Below, in pieces: positions 26,955 through 36,417 of a stretch of 64,000 nucleotides of DNA. Position 1 is the first letter of the stretch. The number at the start of each line of letters is the position of its first letter. The DNA is from a virus: the IMG/VR virus record IMGVR_UViG_3300046059_000013; one strand, given 5' to 3'. The notes below the pieces were generated by a model, which worked only from the letters and a program-made list of their open reading frames with translations, made no database searches and was not told where the DNA came from. Made by a program: the position numbers and the translations under genes.

Positions 26955-28784
26955 CTAGTCGTAGAGGTCCACTCCCCTGGTCTTGCCTTCGGCCCGGTGT
27001 ATAAGCTGGAGGATGAGAGGAGCGTAGTCGGTGTCCATCCACTGGTCAGAGAAGCACTCGAGCAGCTCTACGGTCCGGTCGTACCGTTGCCGGCCGATGA
27101 CGAGTTCGGTTGCATCGAAGAGTTCGTCATCAGACTTGAGGAGCTTGGCGGGGTCCTCGACGCGGCTGAGGCGTCGGTCCCAGTCCACCTCGTCTATGTT
27201 GGTGCTGGTGGTTTCTTGCCGTGTGAGGCTTCGGGTCTCGTCCGTGGCAAGGCTTTGGTGTGTGGTGTTGAAGCGCGTGGCGCTGCGCGTGTAGTCCTCG
27301 CTGACCAGCAGGGATGCGGTGTCGAACCTAGAGAGGACGCGGTCCGTGCTTTCCACGTCAACGACGCGAGAAGCTTTTTCAGAGCGTGTCAGGCTGCGGT
27401 CTTCGTCAGCGTCGTACGCGGACGTGGTGGTTTCTGGACGTTGGAGAAGGCGGTCCGCTTCGCTGGTGACTCCGCGCACTTGTTCCTCGAAACGTGACAG
27501 GTGCCGGTCCTCGTCCTGGTTGAACGAGCGGATGATGTCTTCCGGCTTGAAGAGTTGGCGATGGTAGTCTCCGAGGTAGGCTTTGGCTAGTTGAACTTTT
27601 CTTGTCAGGTTGCGAGCGTCTTGGTCGCTGATGGTTTTGGATGTGCGCTCGTGCCGGGTGAGGAGGCGGGTGAACGTGTCGGTGAGGGCTTGCGCTTGCC
27701 GTTCGGGGCGCGTGATGTTGCGCTTCCTGTCTCCTGTGTGTTGTCTGGTCGTGGGCGTGGGTCGGGTGAGTGCTCTTTCGAGGCTGGGGAAGTGGTTGCA
27801 CTTTGTTTCTTTGGGCCTGCTGAGGGAGCGGTGCCATTCGTTGGTGTGTGCCGTTGAGGCGCTCTCACGCCGTGTGAGGGCGCGGGATTCCCGGAGAGGG
27901 GTCACGTTGCGGGAAGTGGTGTCGCGGCGTGTGAGGGTCCTGTCTTGGCTTGTGGCCATCATCCTAGCCACAGCCTCGACTCGGGTTGCGGCGAGCGTGT
28001 CATCATCCACAAGCACGCTGCTACTCTTGTTGAACCGCGTTATGCTCCTCTCCTCGTCGTCCTGGAAGCCTAGAGACGTTGTTTCAAGACGAGTTAGGCG
28101 TCTACTATAATCACCCTCCAAGCCCCGGATCGAGTCGTCGTATCGGGTTAAGGTTCGGTGCGTGTCGACGCCTGCGTAGTCTCGTAGAAGAGCATCAAAG
28201 CGCGTTGCGTTGCGTGCGTCGTTGTCTGAATAGCCACGTTTCGCGTTCTCAAGCCGCGTCACGCTGCGGGCTTCCCCCGACTCGGTGAGAAGGCGTGTCG
28301 TGGTTTCAAAGCGGGAGAAAGCTCGAGCGTTATCGTCGCGAAAGTCGCGGGCTGCGTCTTGGAACCTGGTTAGGTTGCGCAGTTCGCCCACTTCAGCGAG
28401 GTCGCGCCTGGTGTTCTGGAAGCGTGTTAGGCTTCTAGCTTCACCGGGTTCAAGGTGGTCGCGTTGCGTGATTTCTAGCCGCGTAACGTTACGCTGCCGG
28501 CCCTGTTCTTGCTGGTTGCGCTTGGATTCGTTGAACCGGGTAATGAGGCTTGACCCGGTCACGGTGAAGTCTCGAAGGAAGCGATGAAACCGCATGAGGT
28601 GGCGAACATCTTCACCGGAGAACGTTCTCCTCGTCTTGGGGAACCGGGCAAGGGAGCGGTCTTCGTTCAGGCTTGCGTCCTCGATGCGGGCTGTCTTGAA
28701 GTTGCCTCGGCCTACTTGGCTCGTGCCGAACGTGATGTTGGTGATGCTGGGCTGGCCTTGGTTACTCAAGCCTGCATCACCCAC
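26955..28784 (-). CDS. ~18-aa repeat protein (R-x-L/I-T-R-x-E/D), putative fibre/solenoid
   Basis: Roughly 25-30 imperfect repeats across most of the ORF. Confidence 0.7.
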   Translation of the reverse strand: MGDAGLSNQGQPSITNITFGTSQVGRGNFKTARIEDASLNEDRSLARFPKTRRTFSGEDVRHLMRFHRFLRDFTVTGSSLITRFNESKRNQQEQGRQRNVTRLEITQRDHLEPGEARSLTRFQNTRRDLAEVGELRNLTRFQDAARDFRDDNARAFSRFETTTRLLTESGEARSVTRLENAKRGYSDNDARNATRFDALLRDYAGVDTHRTLTRYDDSIRGLEGDYSRRLTRLETTSLGFQDDEERSITRFNKSSSVLVDDDTLAATRVEAVARMMATSQDRTLTRRDTTSRNVTPLRESRALTRRESASTAHTNEWHRSLSRPKETKCNHFPSLERALTRPTPTTRQHTGDRKRNITRPERQAQALTDTFTRLLTRHERTSKTISDQDARNLTRKVQLAKAYLGDYHRQLFKPEDIIRSFNQDEDRHLSRFEEQVRGVTSEADRLLQRPETTTSAYDADEDRSLTRSEKASRVVDVESTDRVLSRFDTASLLVSEDYTRSATRFNTTHQSLATDETRSLTRQETTSTNIDEVDWDRRLSRVEDPAKLLKSDDELFDATELVIGRQRYDRTVELLECFSDQWMDTDYAPLILQLIHRAEGKTRGVDLYD

Positions 28785-30085
28785 TCCGTGCGGTTCAACA
28801 CGTAAAAATTCGTACCAGTAACCTCCCAGCTTTCACCGGGCTGAAGAACGGCCATCATAGTGCGTTGCGTGTCGAAATCTGAGCTTTCTGCATCGTGGTA
28901 AACAAAAGATACATCGGTACTTGAGCCCAAAGTAATTTGGGCTGCCGCCTCCTCTAAACTGGTGGGATTGAGTTCCACATGTGCGAGAACAATGGTAATG
29001 TTGTCCTGGCTGGGCGTACGCAAACTTGTACTGGAGCCTACCCTTACTCGATTGAATCCGTTGCTCGCGTTGAAGCCGTTTGATGCGTTCTGGTCCAGGT
29101 CGCGGAAGTTCTGTTCGATGGTGGATTCGCTGTCGCCGCTGTTGAACAGGATGGCATTGTGCGTATTGAAATCCCACTGGTAGGTGAACCCGACTTCCAC
29201 ATTATTGTTAACTTCCTCTATCCTGTAGCTCCCGTTCGGGTTTATGGGAATGGGAAACGAGTTCTGCACCTCGATCCCGTCGTCCACGCTCATGCGACCG
29301 ATTTCGGACAACGCTTCGCCCTCGTCAGCTTGCTGGATGCTAGCTTCCGAGATTGTGCTTGTGCCGGTGCTCACGTTCACTTGTGGGTTCACTAGGGCTA
29401 CCACGTCGCCGACGCTGTACTCGGTAGTCACGTTCCGAGCGGGGCTCGTGCGCTGGGGGCCATCGTCACGGCGAACCATTGCGTTCACACCGTCCGCGTA
29501 CGTGTTCAAGTCGTTGCCGCTGCTCTGGTCTGCGTAAATGGTTTCATGATTTGTCCAGTCCTGGGTGGTGTGCGCTGCGTCAAAGTCGAACTCGTACACG
29601 GTGGCGTTGTCTTGGCTGCTTAGGCTGACGTTACTGTTCCCGCTGCTGTCGTCTACCATTCGGTACTCTTCGTCGGGTGCAACAATGAAAATGAGGGGGT
29701 ACTTTCTGCGGCGCTGAGTATTGCTCGGGGTTTTTTGGCTTACGACTCCAGGCGTGTGTTCGACGCCGTTTGTTGCGAAATCTTGGGATGTTTCCGCGGT
29801 AACTTTTGCGATTGCTGAGTCGGTGTCTATTGAGCTGGCTTCAAGGTACGGGCACGCGATGACAAGCCTTGGCACGCCACTACTGTTTGTTTCCACGATT
29901 CCTATGCTGCGGCTGTTCGTGACGTTGCCCCACGAGGACTCCGGGTCCGCGCTGGCGTTGTTGTCTTTCCCTTGCCACATTTTACTGGCTTGGTTCTCCA
30001 CTTTGTCAAACGCTCGCTCCGTGCGAGCGTTGTAGTTCCCGCTGAAGGGCCCGTTTGGGCCGTACACTTCGTCGTACTGGCTCAC
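28766..30085 (-). CDS. Asn/Ser/Thr-rich virion protein
   Basis: GTG start at 30085 overlaps the upstream TGA; beta-rich; lower GC than flanks. Confidence 0.65.
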   Translation of the reverse strand: MSQYDEVYGPNGPFSGNYNARTERAFDKVENQASKMWQGKDNNASADPESSWGNVTNSRSIGIVETNSSGVPRLVIACPYLEASSIDTDSAIAKVTAETSQDFATNGVEHTPGVVSQKTPSNTQRRRKYPLIFIVAPDEEYRMVDDSSGNSNVSLSSQDNATVYEFDFDAAHTTQDWTNHETIYADQSSGNDLNTYADGVNAMVRRDDGPQRTSPARNVTTEYSVGDVVALVNPQVNVSTGTSTISEASIQQADEGEALSEIGRMSVDDGIEVQNSFPIPINPNGSYRIEEVNNNVEVGFTYQWDFNTHNAILFNSGDSESTIEQNFRDLDQNASNGFNASNGFNRVRVGSSTSLRTPSQDNITIVLAHVELNPTSLEEAAAQITLGSSTDVSFVYHDAESSDFDTQRTMMAVLQPGESWEVTGTNFYVLNRTEWVMQA

Positions 30086-30606
30086 GAGGAGGTCCTCGCA
30101 CAGGTAACGAGTGTCTCTTCGTCCCACGTGAACGTGTACGTGCGGGTTTGCGTGTCCTGAACGGCCTTTATTTCCGTGACTCGGTCTTTGGAATCCCGCT
30201 TGAGCGACGTATCTTGACCCTCCACGAGGAACGGGAACGAGTTCCCGTCGACCAGCGTTTTCGTGGTCTGACTGACCTTCGGCTCGTCGGGGAGCCAATC
30301 CACGTCATACTCGACGTCTCCTTCCTCGTATTCGACGTCGACTTCCTGGATGAGTTTGCGTACATCATCCCGCGTGAAGGTGTGGTCGACGTACGTCATG
30401 TCCAGCAGGGAGTGAAGGCGGGCCAATCGAATGTTCTGAATGCTAGTGAATAGGACTTTGGGCGGGTCGACCGTGATGTCAAGCTGTTGACCGTCAAGGT
30501 TGACGCTGACCTTTCGTTTGCGCGTGGTTGTGCCGAGTTTCACCTCTACCTGGTCGTCGGTTTCTTCCGCGGTAACGGTCGTGTATTCGACCTCGGCTTG
30601 CGCCAC
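30082..30606 (-). CDS. Hypothetical virion protein with YD-like C-terminal beta hairpins
   Basis: LKRDSKDRVTEI..RTYTFTWDEETL. Confidence 0.6.
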   Translation of the reverse strand: MAQAEVEYTTVTAEETDDQVEVKLGTTTRKRKVSVNLDGQQLDITVDPPKVLFTSIQNIRLARLHSLLDMTYVDHTFTRDDVRKLIQEVDVEYEEGDVEYDVDWLPDEPKVSQTTKTLVDGNSFPFLVEGQDTSLKRDSKDRVTEIKAVQDTQTRTYTFTWDEETLVTCARTSS

Positions 30607-30609
30607 GGG

Positions 30610-30960
30610 TTACGCTCCTATCGTGGTCACGTCGGGTCGGACGGCGAGCTTGCCGCCGAACAGCGTTTTGATGACGCCGCTGTCTTGTTCGACTTGAACG
30701 TCGTACACGTAGTTTTTGCCGGTTTCGAGGGCGTTGGTTTGGTTGCTTGTGAGCTCGATTTCGATTTCCCCGTCTGCGGGCTGGGTTTTCTTGATGGTGA
30801 ACTCTTCAACGATGGTGCTGGAGTCTAGGTCTTCTCGGATGTGTGCGTCAAAGGTCCAGTTGGACACGTCCTTGGGGCTATCGTTTTCTTTGATGGTGAT
30901 GGTGCGAATGAACGTGTCTTCGCTGTATACCTCAAGGTTGACGGTGCCGGGGAGGCTCAC
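30610..30960 (-). CDS. BppU-N-like Ig adaptor protein
   Basis: L.V...DTF...I.I...D.S.WTF.A.IR...G.I.I.LT..QT..L....YVYDVQV pattern. Confidence 0.7.
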   Translation of the reverse strand: MSLPGTVNLEVYSEDTFIRTITIKENDSPKDVSNWTFDAHIREDLDSSTIVEEFTIKKTQPADGEIEIELTSNQTNALETGKNYVYDVQVEQDSGVIKTLFGGKLAVRPDVTTIGA

Positions 30961-31036
30961 GGCAAGCGTTTAAGCGCCAAGGGTTTACAAGCTTTGGAAA
31001 GGGTGAGGCGCCTTTGCTCTCTGGTTCTTGCACGTG

Positions 31037-32863
31037 CTAGCTAAGGTCCACGCTCTTGAGCGTGCCCCCGTCGTTGTAGTAGAGGCTGACGGTGTTCGTG
31101 TCCGTGTCCTTCCAGAGCGCCCACTGGTCGTCGGGGATGTCCGTCGTGCTGGGGCTTCCGGACCCGCTCTTGAGGCCCTCCAGGCCTTGCGCGTTGACGT
31201 TGAGCGGAGCCTCTAGGCGCGCTCGGAAGGGGTCGTTTTCCAGGCGGAAGACTTGGCCCTCGCCGGGGATTTGCCACCGGAGCTGGTCCTGGTACACGTC
31301 CTGCACCCAGTTTTTGTAGGAGCCGGCGCCTTCCAGAAGGACTTCTCCGCCCTCGTTCGTGTCGTCCTCAGCTCGGAGGCGGAGGGGGTCGCTCACGACG
31401 CGGCTTGCTTCGCCCGTTCGGAACAGGTTGCTGACCTGGGTGTTCACTTCAAGGTCGACTTGCGTCCCGGATCGGGCGTCGATGGCCTTGCAGGCCTGGA
31501 GAGCGGTTTGGCCGACGGTGCCGGTGGTGACGAAGTTTTTCCAGTTCCCCACGCCAACGCAGGCCTGGTATGTTTGGTTGTCTCCATTCTCGTCGAGGAA
31601 GCCGACGCCTTGCGTGTCGCGGCTGTGGAAAAACTGGTCACGGTCGTTGTTCAGCGCTTCACAGGCGTGGAACTCGTTCTTCTTTGCCCGCCCGAGGGAC
31701 CCGCTCCGAAGGTAGAACCCGTGCGTGGCGTTGTTGAACGACTTGCACCCGGTAAACTTGCTGAACTCCTGACCCTCAATAACGAACCCGTCGCCCTGGA
31801 AGCTCCCGCTGACGGTGTCGTTAATCGTGCTGGCTACCCAGCAGTTCACCATCAGGTAGTGCCCTCCGTCCGCACCGGCTGTTGTCGCACCGGGAAGCTC
31901 CTTGATCCAGTAGCCGTAGTCGCTGCAGGCGTCGGCGATCACGCTCTCGGCGAACAAGCTGTCGATCCCTTCGAAGACGTAGCCGCGCATGTTGTCCTCG
32001 GCGGGCATCGTCGCGACATTCGGGTTGATGCCGCCGTTCCGACCGAGGCACGTGCAGTGCATGATTTTCCCACCGCTGACGGGACTGTCTTCGTCAGCGG
32101 TGATAATGAAGCCGGGGTTGCCGCCGTTGCTCGTGAATTGGTTGCGGACGAAGATGCTCTCCCAGATGCAGTCCCAACAGTTCGCGAACCGGACACCCGT
32201 GTCCCGGCACTCGTTCACGTTCAGGTTCTTGAACGTGGAGCGGACAAGCGAGTTCGTATTGGGCGTAAAGTCGATGCAGCGCGCCATCCCATCGAACACA
32301 ATATCCTCCACAAGCAGGTTCCGCCGTTCCCCACCGCTCGTGTCGATGCGGATCGCAACGTTCCCGTCTGGTTGGTGAATGTTGTTCGGGTCGCGGAACG
32401 TCACGTCGCGCAGAACGCCGTCGGTGCCGTTCATCACGAACAGGTCCTCGCTTGCTCCAACCTCGAGCACGGTGGACCCGTACGCGGTGCCCTGCACGGC
32501 AACACTCTCAGGAATCGTGACGGTGGAATTGATCGTGTAAACACCGCTGCGGAACAGCACGTCGCCGCCCTCGTTCCCAAACTGCCCGATGAGCGTGGTG
32601 AGCACGGTGCCGAGGTCGGTGTCGCGCTCCTGCTCTTGCCCATCCCCGTCAACGCCAACCGCCTGGCTCCCGTCTTCGTACACGACCGCGTCGGCCTCGT
32701 GCTCGGGACCGATACCCACAAGGTCCTCAACCGTCGTGGCGACCGTGGGTTGGGTTTCGCCCTGCACGAGGAGGGCCAGCGCGTCTTGCACGTCGTCGGG
32801 GTCGACGCGACTGACGCGCGTTTCGTCGCTGATCCATTCCCGGAGTTGTTCTTCGCTGCTCAT
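31037..32863 (-). CDS. Pectate-lyase-like parallel beta-helix (tailspike/depolymerase-like)
   Basis: GGDVLFRSGVY.I...V.IP..V..QG start; repeated NxxxxxC..G turns. Confidence 0.85.
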   Translation of the reverse strand: MSSEEQLREWISDETRVSRVDPDDVQDALALLVQGETQPTVATTVEDLVGIGPEHEADAVVYEDGSQAVGVDGDGQEQERDTDLGTVLTTLIGQFGNEGGDVLFRSGVYTINSTVTIPESVAVQGTAYGSTVLEVGASEDLFVMNGTDGVLRDVTFRDPNNIHQPDGNVAIRIDTSGGERRNLLVEDIVFDGMARCIDFTPNTNSLVRSTFKNLNVNECRDTGVRFANCWDCIWESIFVRNQFTSNGGNPGFIITADEDSPVSGGKIMHCTCLGRNGGINPNVATMPAEDNMRGYVFEGIDSLFAESVIADACSDYGYWIKELPGATTAGADGGHYLMVNCWVASTINDTVSGSFQGDGFVIEGQEFSKFTGCKSFNNATHGFYLRSGSLGRAKKNEFHACEALNNDRDQFFHSRDTQGVGFLDENGDNQTYQACVGVGNWKNFVTTGTVGQTALQACKAIDARSGTQVDLEVNTQVSNLFRTGEASRVVSDPLRLRAEDDTNEGGEVLLEGAGSYKNWVQDVYQDQLRWQIPGEGQVFRLENDPFRARLEAPLNVNAQGLEGLKSGSGSPSTTDIPDDQWALWKDTDTNTVSLYYNDGGTLKSVDLS

Positions 32864-32927
32864 TCGACTTGTTTCGTCTTTTCGTTGCCACGCTTTTACA
32901 AGTTCCGGAACGTGGGCGGCCTCATCG

Positions 32928-33746
32928 TTATCGGCGAGGGATCGTGTTGAACGCCATCACGTTTTGCAGGAGCTCGCTGGCGATGTCCGGCGCGATTTCA
33001 TCGTCAGCAAACTCCGCCGTCACATCGAACCAGCCGAATCCGGGAATGGGCACGTCGCCTTGCTGCCAGCCGTTCTCAAGGATTTGCGCGAGCTTGGCGA
33101 CGCTCATGTCCGCGTCTGGGTGTCGCTTGTTCTCGAACCCGATGAGGGCTTGAGCACCGTTCCCGGTTTGCGTAACGTCGGAGTCGAGCGCGTTGAGAAG
33201 CGTGCGCGTGTCCCGCAGCGCCGTGTTGTCCTGGTTGAGAGAGCGCTGACGGACCGTGTCCTGGGAAATGGGCCACGGGTGCCTGCCAGAGTAGTCGGTT
33301 CGTGCGACGAGGCTGCGGCGACCCTGCGGCACTTCCCCGCGCCCATTCACGTTGGCTTGCATACGCCACACCATTTCAGCCGCCTTCTTCATGCGCTCGG
33401 CAGCATCCCCCGCCGCCTCTTTCGTGATGGCGGGCATGGCGGCGAGCAAGCTGGGAATGTTGTTGCGGTCCCTGATAACCATCGTGCCGCGCTGTCGGGA
33501 CGCGGCGAAGCGGCCCACTTGAAGACCGCCGGTTGTTTGCACGTTGAACACGCCCGCCATCGTGCCCGGGCTCGAGCCCCCGCTAACGCTGCTCTCGAAA
33601 GAGGAGAACGTGGTGCGGAGGGGAACACCGTTGCGCTTCATGGCGGCGCTCATGCGCCCGACGCCAGAGCGGGAGAGTTCCTGAATGTTCCCGATGCCGC
33701 CTGCTTCTTTGGCGACGGCGTTCATCGCTTGCTCCGGGCTGACCAC
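32928..33746 (-). CDS. Neck/tail-completion protein
   Basis: LRDT.TLLNAL, LA.ILE.G, IP pattern; position after head closure. Confidence 0.55.
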   Translation of the reverse strand: MVSPEQAMNAVAKEAGGIGNIQELSRSGVGRMSAAMKRNGVPLRTTFSSFESSVSGGSSPGTMAGVFNVQTTGGLQVGRFAASRQRGTMVIRDRNNIPSLLAAMPAITKEAAGDAAERMKKAAEMVWRMQANVNGRGEVPQGRRSLVARTDYSGRHPWPISQDTVRQRSLNQDNTALRDTRTLLNALDSDVTQTGNGAQALIGFENKRHPDADMSVAKLAQILENGWQQGDVPIPGFGWFDVTAEFADDEIAPDIASELLQNVMAFNTIPRR

Positions 33747-33749
33747 GGT

Positions 33750-34172
33750 TTAGGTTCTCCGTTCGAGTTCCCATTCCAGCGTGCCGCCATGCGTCACGTC
33801 ACGGGACTCGCGAAACCAGTCGTAGGTTTCCTTGAGACCGGTGACCTCCCACTCGGTCGTGTCCGCGCTGGGTCCGGTGCTGATTCGCACGAGGTCGCTC
33901 GTCTCGATGCGAGCACTTTGCTCCATCGTGTCGGGGTCGTCCTTGGGATGGTACGCGAAGAGCACGGCCTCCCCCTCCGAGAGGTCTGGGCCCATGCGTC
34001 CGAACGCTTCGTTCACCCATGGCCCAAACATGACATCCGCCGAGGCGAGGATGTGCGTGGTCGTGCTGGCGGTTATGTAGTCTCCGCCGCTGGACCAGTC
34101 TCGTTGGCGACCGCTACTGGTTTTGACGAGCACCACGCTTTCAGGGTGCTCGAACGTGTCATCAAAGCCCAT
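33750..34172 (-). CDS. Head-closure-like protein
   Basis: 140 aa beta-rich, canonical position. Confidence 0.5.
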   Translation of the reverse strand: MGFDDTFEHPESVVLVKTSSGRQRDWSSGGDYITASTTTHILASADVMFGPWVNEAFGRMGPDLSEGEAVLFAYHPKDDPDTMEQSARIETSDLVRISTGPSADTTEWEVTGLKETYDWFRESRDVTHGGTLEWELERRT

Positions 34173-34175
34173 CGT

Positions 34176-34610
34176 CTAGGTTGGCGTGGTGTTCCAGTTG
34201 AGGTCCTGCCAGCGGTCGCGCATATGCACGTCCGCTTGCGGAGAGCCGTCCTCTTGCTGGCCTTCACAATGCACTTCGAGGGACTCGCTTGCTAGCTCGA
34301 ACCAGTCCCCAGAGGGGTCTTCTTGGCTAACCGCGTACCGGACGCGCTTGTTTCCTTGTCGGCGTTCAACGACGGGTTTGGCGTTGCTACTGTTGGGGTA
34401 CTTTTTGAGGATGAGGGCAACGGTGCGTTGGAGAGCGGCTTCGGCGACAAGGAAGGGAAGCGTGTCGTCTTGTGCGAGGTCGGTGTCTTGGCACGTTTTG
34501 TTGGCGGTGTGGCGTGCCCAAGGGATTTGGCGTGATAGGATGCCTTGAATCTCGGGGTCGTCGAGGCTGGTGTTGATGTAGGTTCGGACGTCCTCTACCG
34601 TGGGCGACAT
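34176..34610 (-). CDS. Head-tail adaptor
   Basis: TVEDVR.YI.T.L.D..I...L; ERRQG...V.Y; after the capsid genes. Confidence 0.65.
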   Translation of the reverse strand: MSPTVEDVRTYINTSLDDPEIQGILSRQIPWARHTANKTCQDTDLAQDDTLPFLVAEAALQRTVALILKKYPNSSNAKPVVERRQGNKRVRYAVSQEDPSGDWFELASESLEVHCEGQQEDGSPQADVHMRDRWQDLNWNTTPT

Positions 34611-34703
34611 CGCTTAATCGTGGTTTAGGGGTAATGGGCTTAAAGGGGGTGGGTTCGTGGACGGGGCTGGCAAGTTTCCACGACTTCATCTGTGGGTGGG
34701 TTC

Positions 34704-34933
34704 CTAGTTGTCGCGTTCGTCCCACCAGTATGGCATCCTGTCGCGGTACATTTCAGAGAAGTTGAAAGCCATGCAGAGTGCAAAGAACAACACGCCTAAA
34801 ACCAGGAGCGACGCAATCCAAAGCGGCGACAACACCCAAACCCACGACCACTCGATAAAGCCCGTCAGCTTCAACGCGACAAAAACAATTGTTAGGAGGG
34901 CGACGAAAAGGCCCCACGCCCGCTACTCCCCAT
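34704..34933 (-). CDS. Small phage membrane protein (LLTIVFVALKLTGFIEWSWVWVLSPLW), 5' frame break
   Basis: Recognisable widespread phage motif. The ATG (MGSSG) is one frame off the conserved body at G-runs. Confidence 0.6.
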
Positions 34934-34936
34934 CTT

Positions 34937-35389
34937 CTACTCCTCGGCGATGAGGTCTTCGGCCCGCTGGACGAGGGTGCGCGCGTTCGCGTTCGGCGGG
35001 GAATAATCCTCGATGGTTGCAGGGTCCTCGATGTTGGCTAATGCTTCCGCGTCCGCGAATCCCATCTCGCGCAGAGCCTCCGCCGTGCTTGGCCCAATCC
35101 CATTAATCTCAGTAAGAGCAGGAGCCTGCTCGCCGCTCTCGTCTACACTCGTAGCGTTGCCTTGCACGATGTGCTCGGCGTCGAGCTCCTGGGCGAGGTC
35201 CTCAACCTCGCTCGACGCATCCGCATCTGCCGCGTCTACTTCGTCCTCGGTGGGTTGTTCGAGCACCTTGACCGCGCCGATGCTGGCGAGGTTTTGGAGT
35301 TGCTTCACGGTGAAGTCGTGCTCGTTCGTGTCGATGACGTTGCCTTGGGGGTGGTCGCCTACGGTTGCGTTGAGTACCTTCGCGCGCAT
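34937..35389 (-). CDS. Capsid-associated protein with C-terminal helix-hairpin-helix
   Basis: LTEINGIGPSTAEALREMGF. Confidence 0.7.
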   Translation of the reverse strand: MRAKVLNATVGDHPQGNVIDTNEHDFTVKQLQNLASIGAVKVLEQPTEDEVDAADADASSEVEDLAQELDAEHIVQGNATSVDESGEQAPALTEINGIGPSTAEALREMGFADAEALANIEDPATIEDYSPPNANARTLVQRAEDLIAEE

Positions 35390-35444
35390 CGTGATTCAAC
35401 GTAACTGGACGCGCAAGTATAAACCCTGCGGGAGAGAGGAAAGA

Positions 35445-35497
35445 GAAGTGAAAAGGAGGGGAAAAGGAGAAAAAGGGGCCAGCCCGCATGGGCTGGC
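35445..35497 (-). terminator. Hairpin plus pyrimidine tract after the MCP gene
   Basis: GCCAGCCC-ATGC-GGGCTGGC followed by a long T/C run on the minus strand. Confidence 0.6.
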
Positions 35498-35520
35498 TCT
35501 ATCTTGCCGAGTCAGGCGCT

Positions 35521-36417
35521 CTACAGGCCGTCAATCTTGAGCGTGTGACTCTTATCGCTACGATAATCCACGAAGCTGGCAAGGTGGAACGTCTTCATGC
35601 GAACCGGCTCCCCCGGCTCGTCACGACCCTTCACCAGCTCAACCCCGTTCGGCGTAGCGTGAACGAACGCAGCGTTGTCGGCCCGCTGGAAGTGCAGAAC
35701 AGCCAGGTCGTCCAGGTTCGCGTTCTGCACAGGAACCATCTCGTCGATGACCTGGTTCAGCATCTCCATCGCGCTAGGCCCGCCACTGCTGGACTCGTCG
35801 TACGGGCGAATGAGCTCCATCGCCTCGGCGCTGTCGATGCCAAGGGTCCGACTGCCGCTCACCTCGTCGTCCTCAGCGGTCTTCGCGGCCTTGATGACGG
35901 CCTTGACGAACTCCTTGGGCCCGTCGCTGGCCGTCATGTTGCTGCCCATGGTGAACGTCTCGCTAGCGGTCGGGATATTGATGAGGCCGTCCCAGTTGTC
36001 GACACCGTCACCGTTCCACGCGCTGTCGTCGAGCTTGCGACGGATGGCGTCCACGATGCGGACGGCCTCCTGGTCGCTGACCTCCTGCACGGGGCTGGGC
36101 TGGTCGGGCTGACCGCCGCGGCCCTGCTCGCGAATCCAGCGCTCTGCCCACGGGATGTCAAGGCCCGCGGTGAAGAACCACATGTCCACGTTGTCCCGCT
36201 CGCGGGTGATGTTGCCGCGACGCCCAAGCTCCCCGTTCCGGGTGACCGTGACAGGAATCTCTTCCTGAATGGTGTTGTAGTCGAACCGGTACGTGGGGTC
36301 GATGGTCTCACGGTTGAGAACCCGCTCGAACGACGGCTCCTCCTGGAGCACGTCGATTTCCTGCTCGCGCAGGCGAATCTTGAACTCGGGGTCAACGGTT
36401 CCTCGACTCGTAGGCAC
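35521..36417 (-). CDS. Major capsid protein, HK97 fold (encapsulin/DUF2184-like)
   Basis: 298 aa after protease/decoration; DAIRRKLD.SAWNGDG..NWDGLIN.P. Confidence 0.8.
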   Translation of the reverse strand: MPTSRGTVDPEFKIRLREQEIDVLQEEPSFERVLNRETIDPTYRFDYNTIQEEIPVTVTRNGELGRRGNITRERDNVDMWFFTAGLDIPWAERWIREQGRGGQPDQPSPVQEVSDQEAVRIVDAIRRKLDDSAWNGDGVDNWDGLINIPTASETFTMGSNMTASDGPKEFVKAVIKAAKTAEDDEVSGSRTLGIDSAEAMELIRPYDESSSGGPSAMEMLNQVIDEMVPVQNANLDDLAVLHFQRADNAAFVHATPNGVELVKGRDEPGEPVRMKTFHLASFVDYRSDKSHTLKIDGL

